Shown here: positions 63,611 through 64,000 of the stretch, in pieces
How positions within the stretch are numbered: the stretch's first letter is position 1
Layout of the letters: each line of letters opens with the position of its first letter
Translations under genes and position numbers: made by a program
Source of the DNA: Octopus vulgaris
Taxonomy: Eukaryota
Assembly (NCBI GenBank): GCA_951406725.2
Contig: OX597816.1
Location: 112,716,001-112,780,000 of the forward strand
DNA length: 64,000 bases
Reading direction: 5' to 3'
Notes under the pieces: model-generated
Databases searched by the model: none
Told to the model about the DNA's origin: nothing
What the model saw: the letters and a program-made list of their open reading frames with translations, nothing else

Positions 63611-64000
63611 GTTTATTATGTTACATAGATATCCCTAACCAATTCATTCATATATGATCAAAGGTTTTTTGGAGGCTGCATTAACAAAAGACAAAACAGG
63701 GGATTGGTGTATAAAAGCTTCATTTCCCAAGAATATTTAGAATTTGACCAACATCATCTGCATTTGTGAGCATTTTGACACAAGATTACATGACTTTGGG
63801 CACGTTGCCATTTTAAAGATTGTGTGACTTTCATCTAAACATGCAAGTCATGTATCTACCTAGAAGCTCTTGCATTGACTCAAGGATGAAGTTATAAGAC
63901 ATAAATATCTTTGCATAATTTCTTTGAAAAACATTTTTAGCTGTTTGTGATCTCATTATGTAACACCTTAGAAAAATGTTTACAATTGAAGACTATGTAG

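Overview
This is AT-rich, CpG-poor eukaryotic (metazoan) DNA, dense in (TA)n/(CA)n/(CAT)n/(TAA)n microsatellites and tRNA-derived SINEs. The SINE families and the RTE LINE match what I recall from octopus genomes, so the taxon is an inference from memory. No intact protein-coding gene is visible, and almost all ORFs in the track are microsatellite or antisense artefacts. The window is probably intronic to a large + strand gene, with one fairly good candidate exon (25365-25591) and several weaker exon or microexon candidates. Recognisable elements: (1) a 5'-truncated RTE LINE (37894-40719, minus) whose RT carries an in-frame PHD-type zinc finger and whose 3'UTR carries a 67-bp minisatellite; it sits inside an older Dong/R4-type RLE retrotransposon fossil; (2) a second RLE fossil near 24 kb; (3) a complete TIR-bounded maT-like Tc1/mariner element split by a SINE (26835-28454); (4) mariner, hAT and piggyBac-like remnants. 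The most interesting unannotated signals are three Penelope-type minimal hammerhead ribozyme motifs (one inside a tRNA-headed SINE with a 13-bp TSD), a 144-nt near-perfect hairpin at 10701-10844, and closely spaced inverted SINE pairs that could form dsRNA editing substrates. Coordinates of degenerate repeats are approximate.
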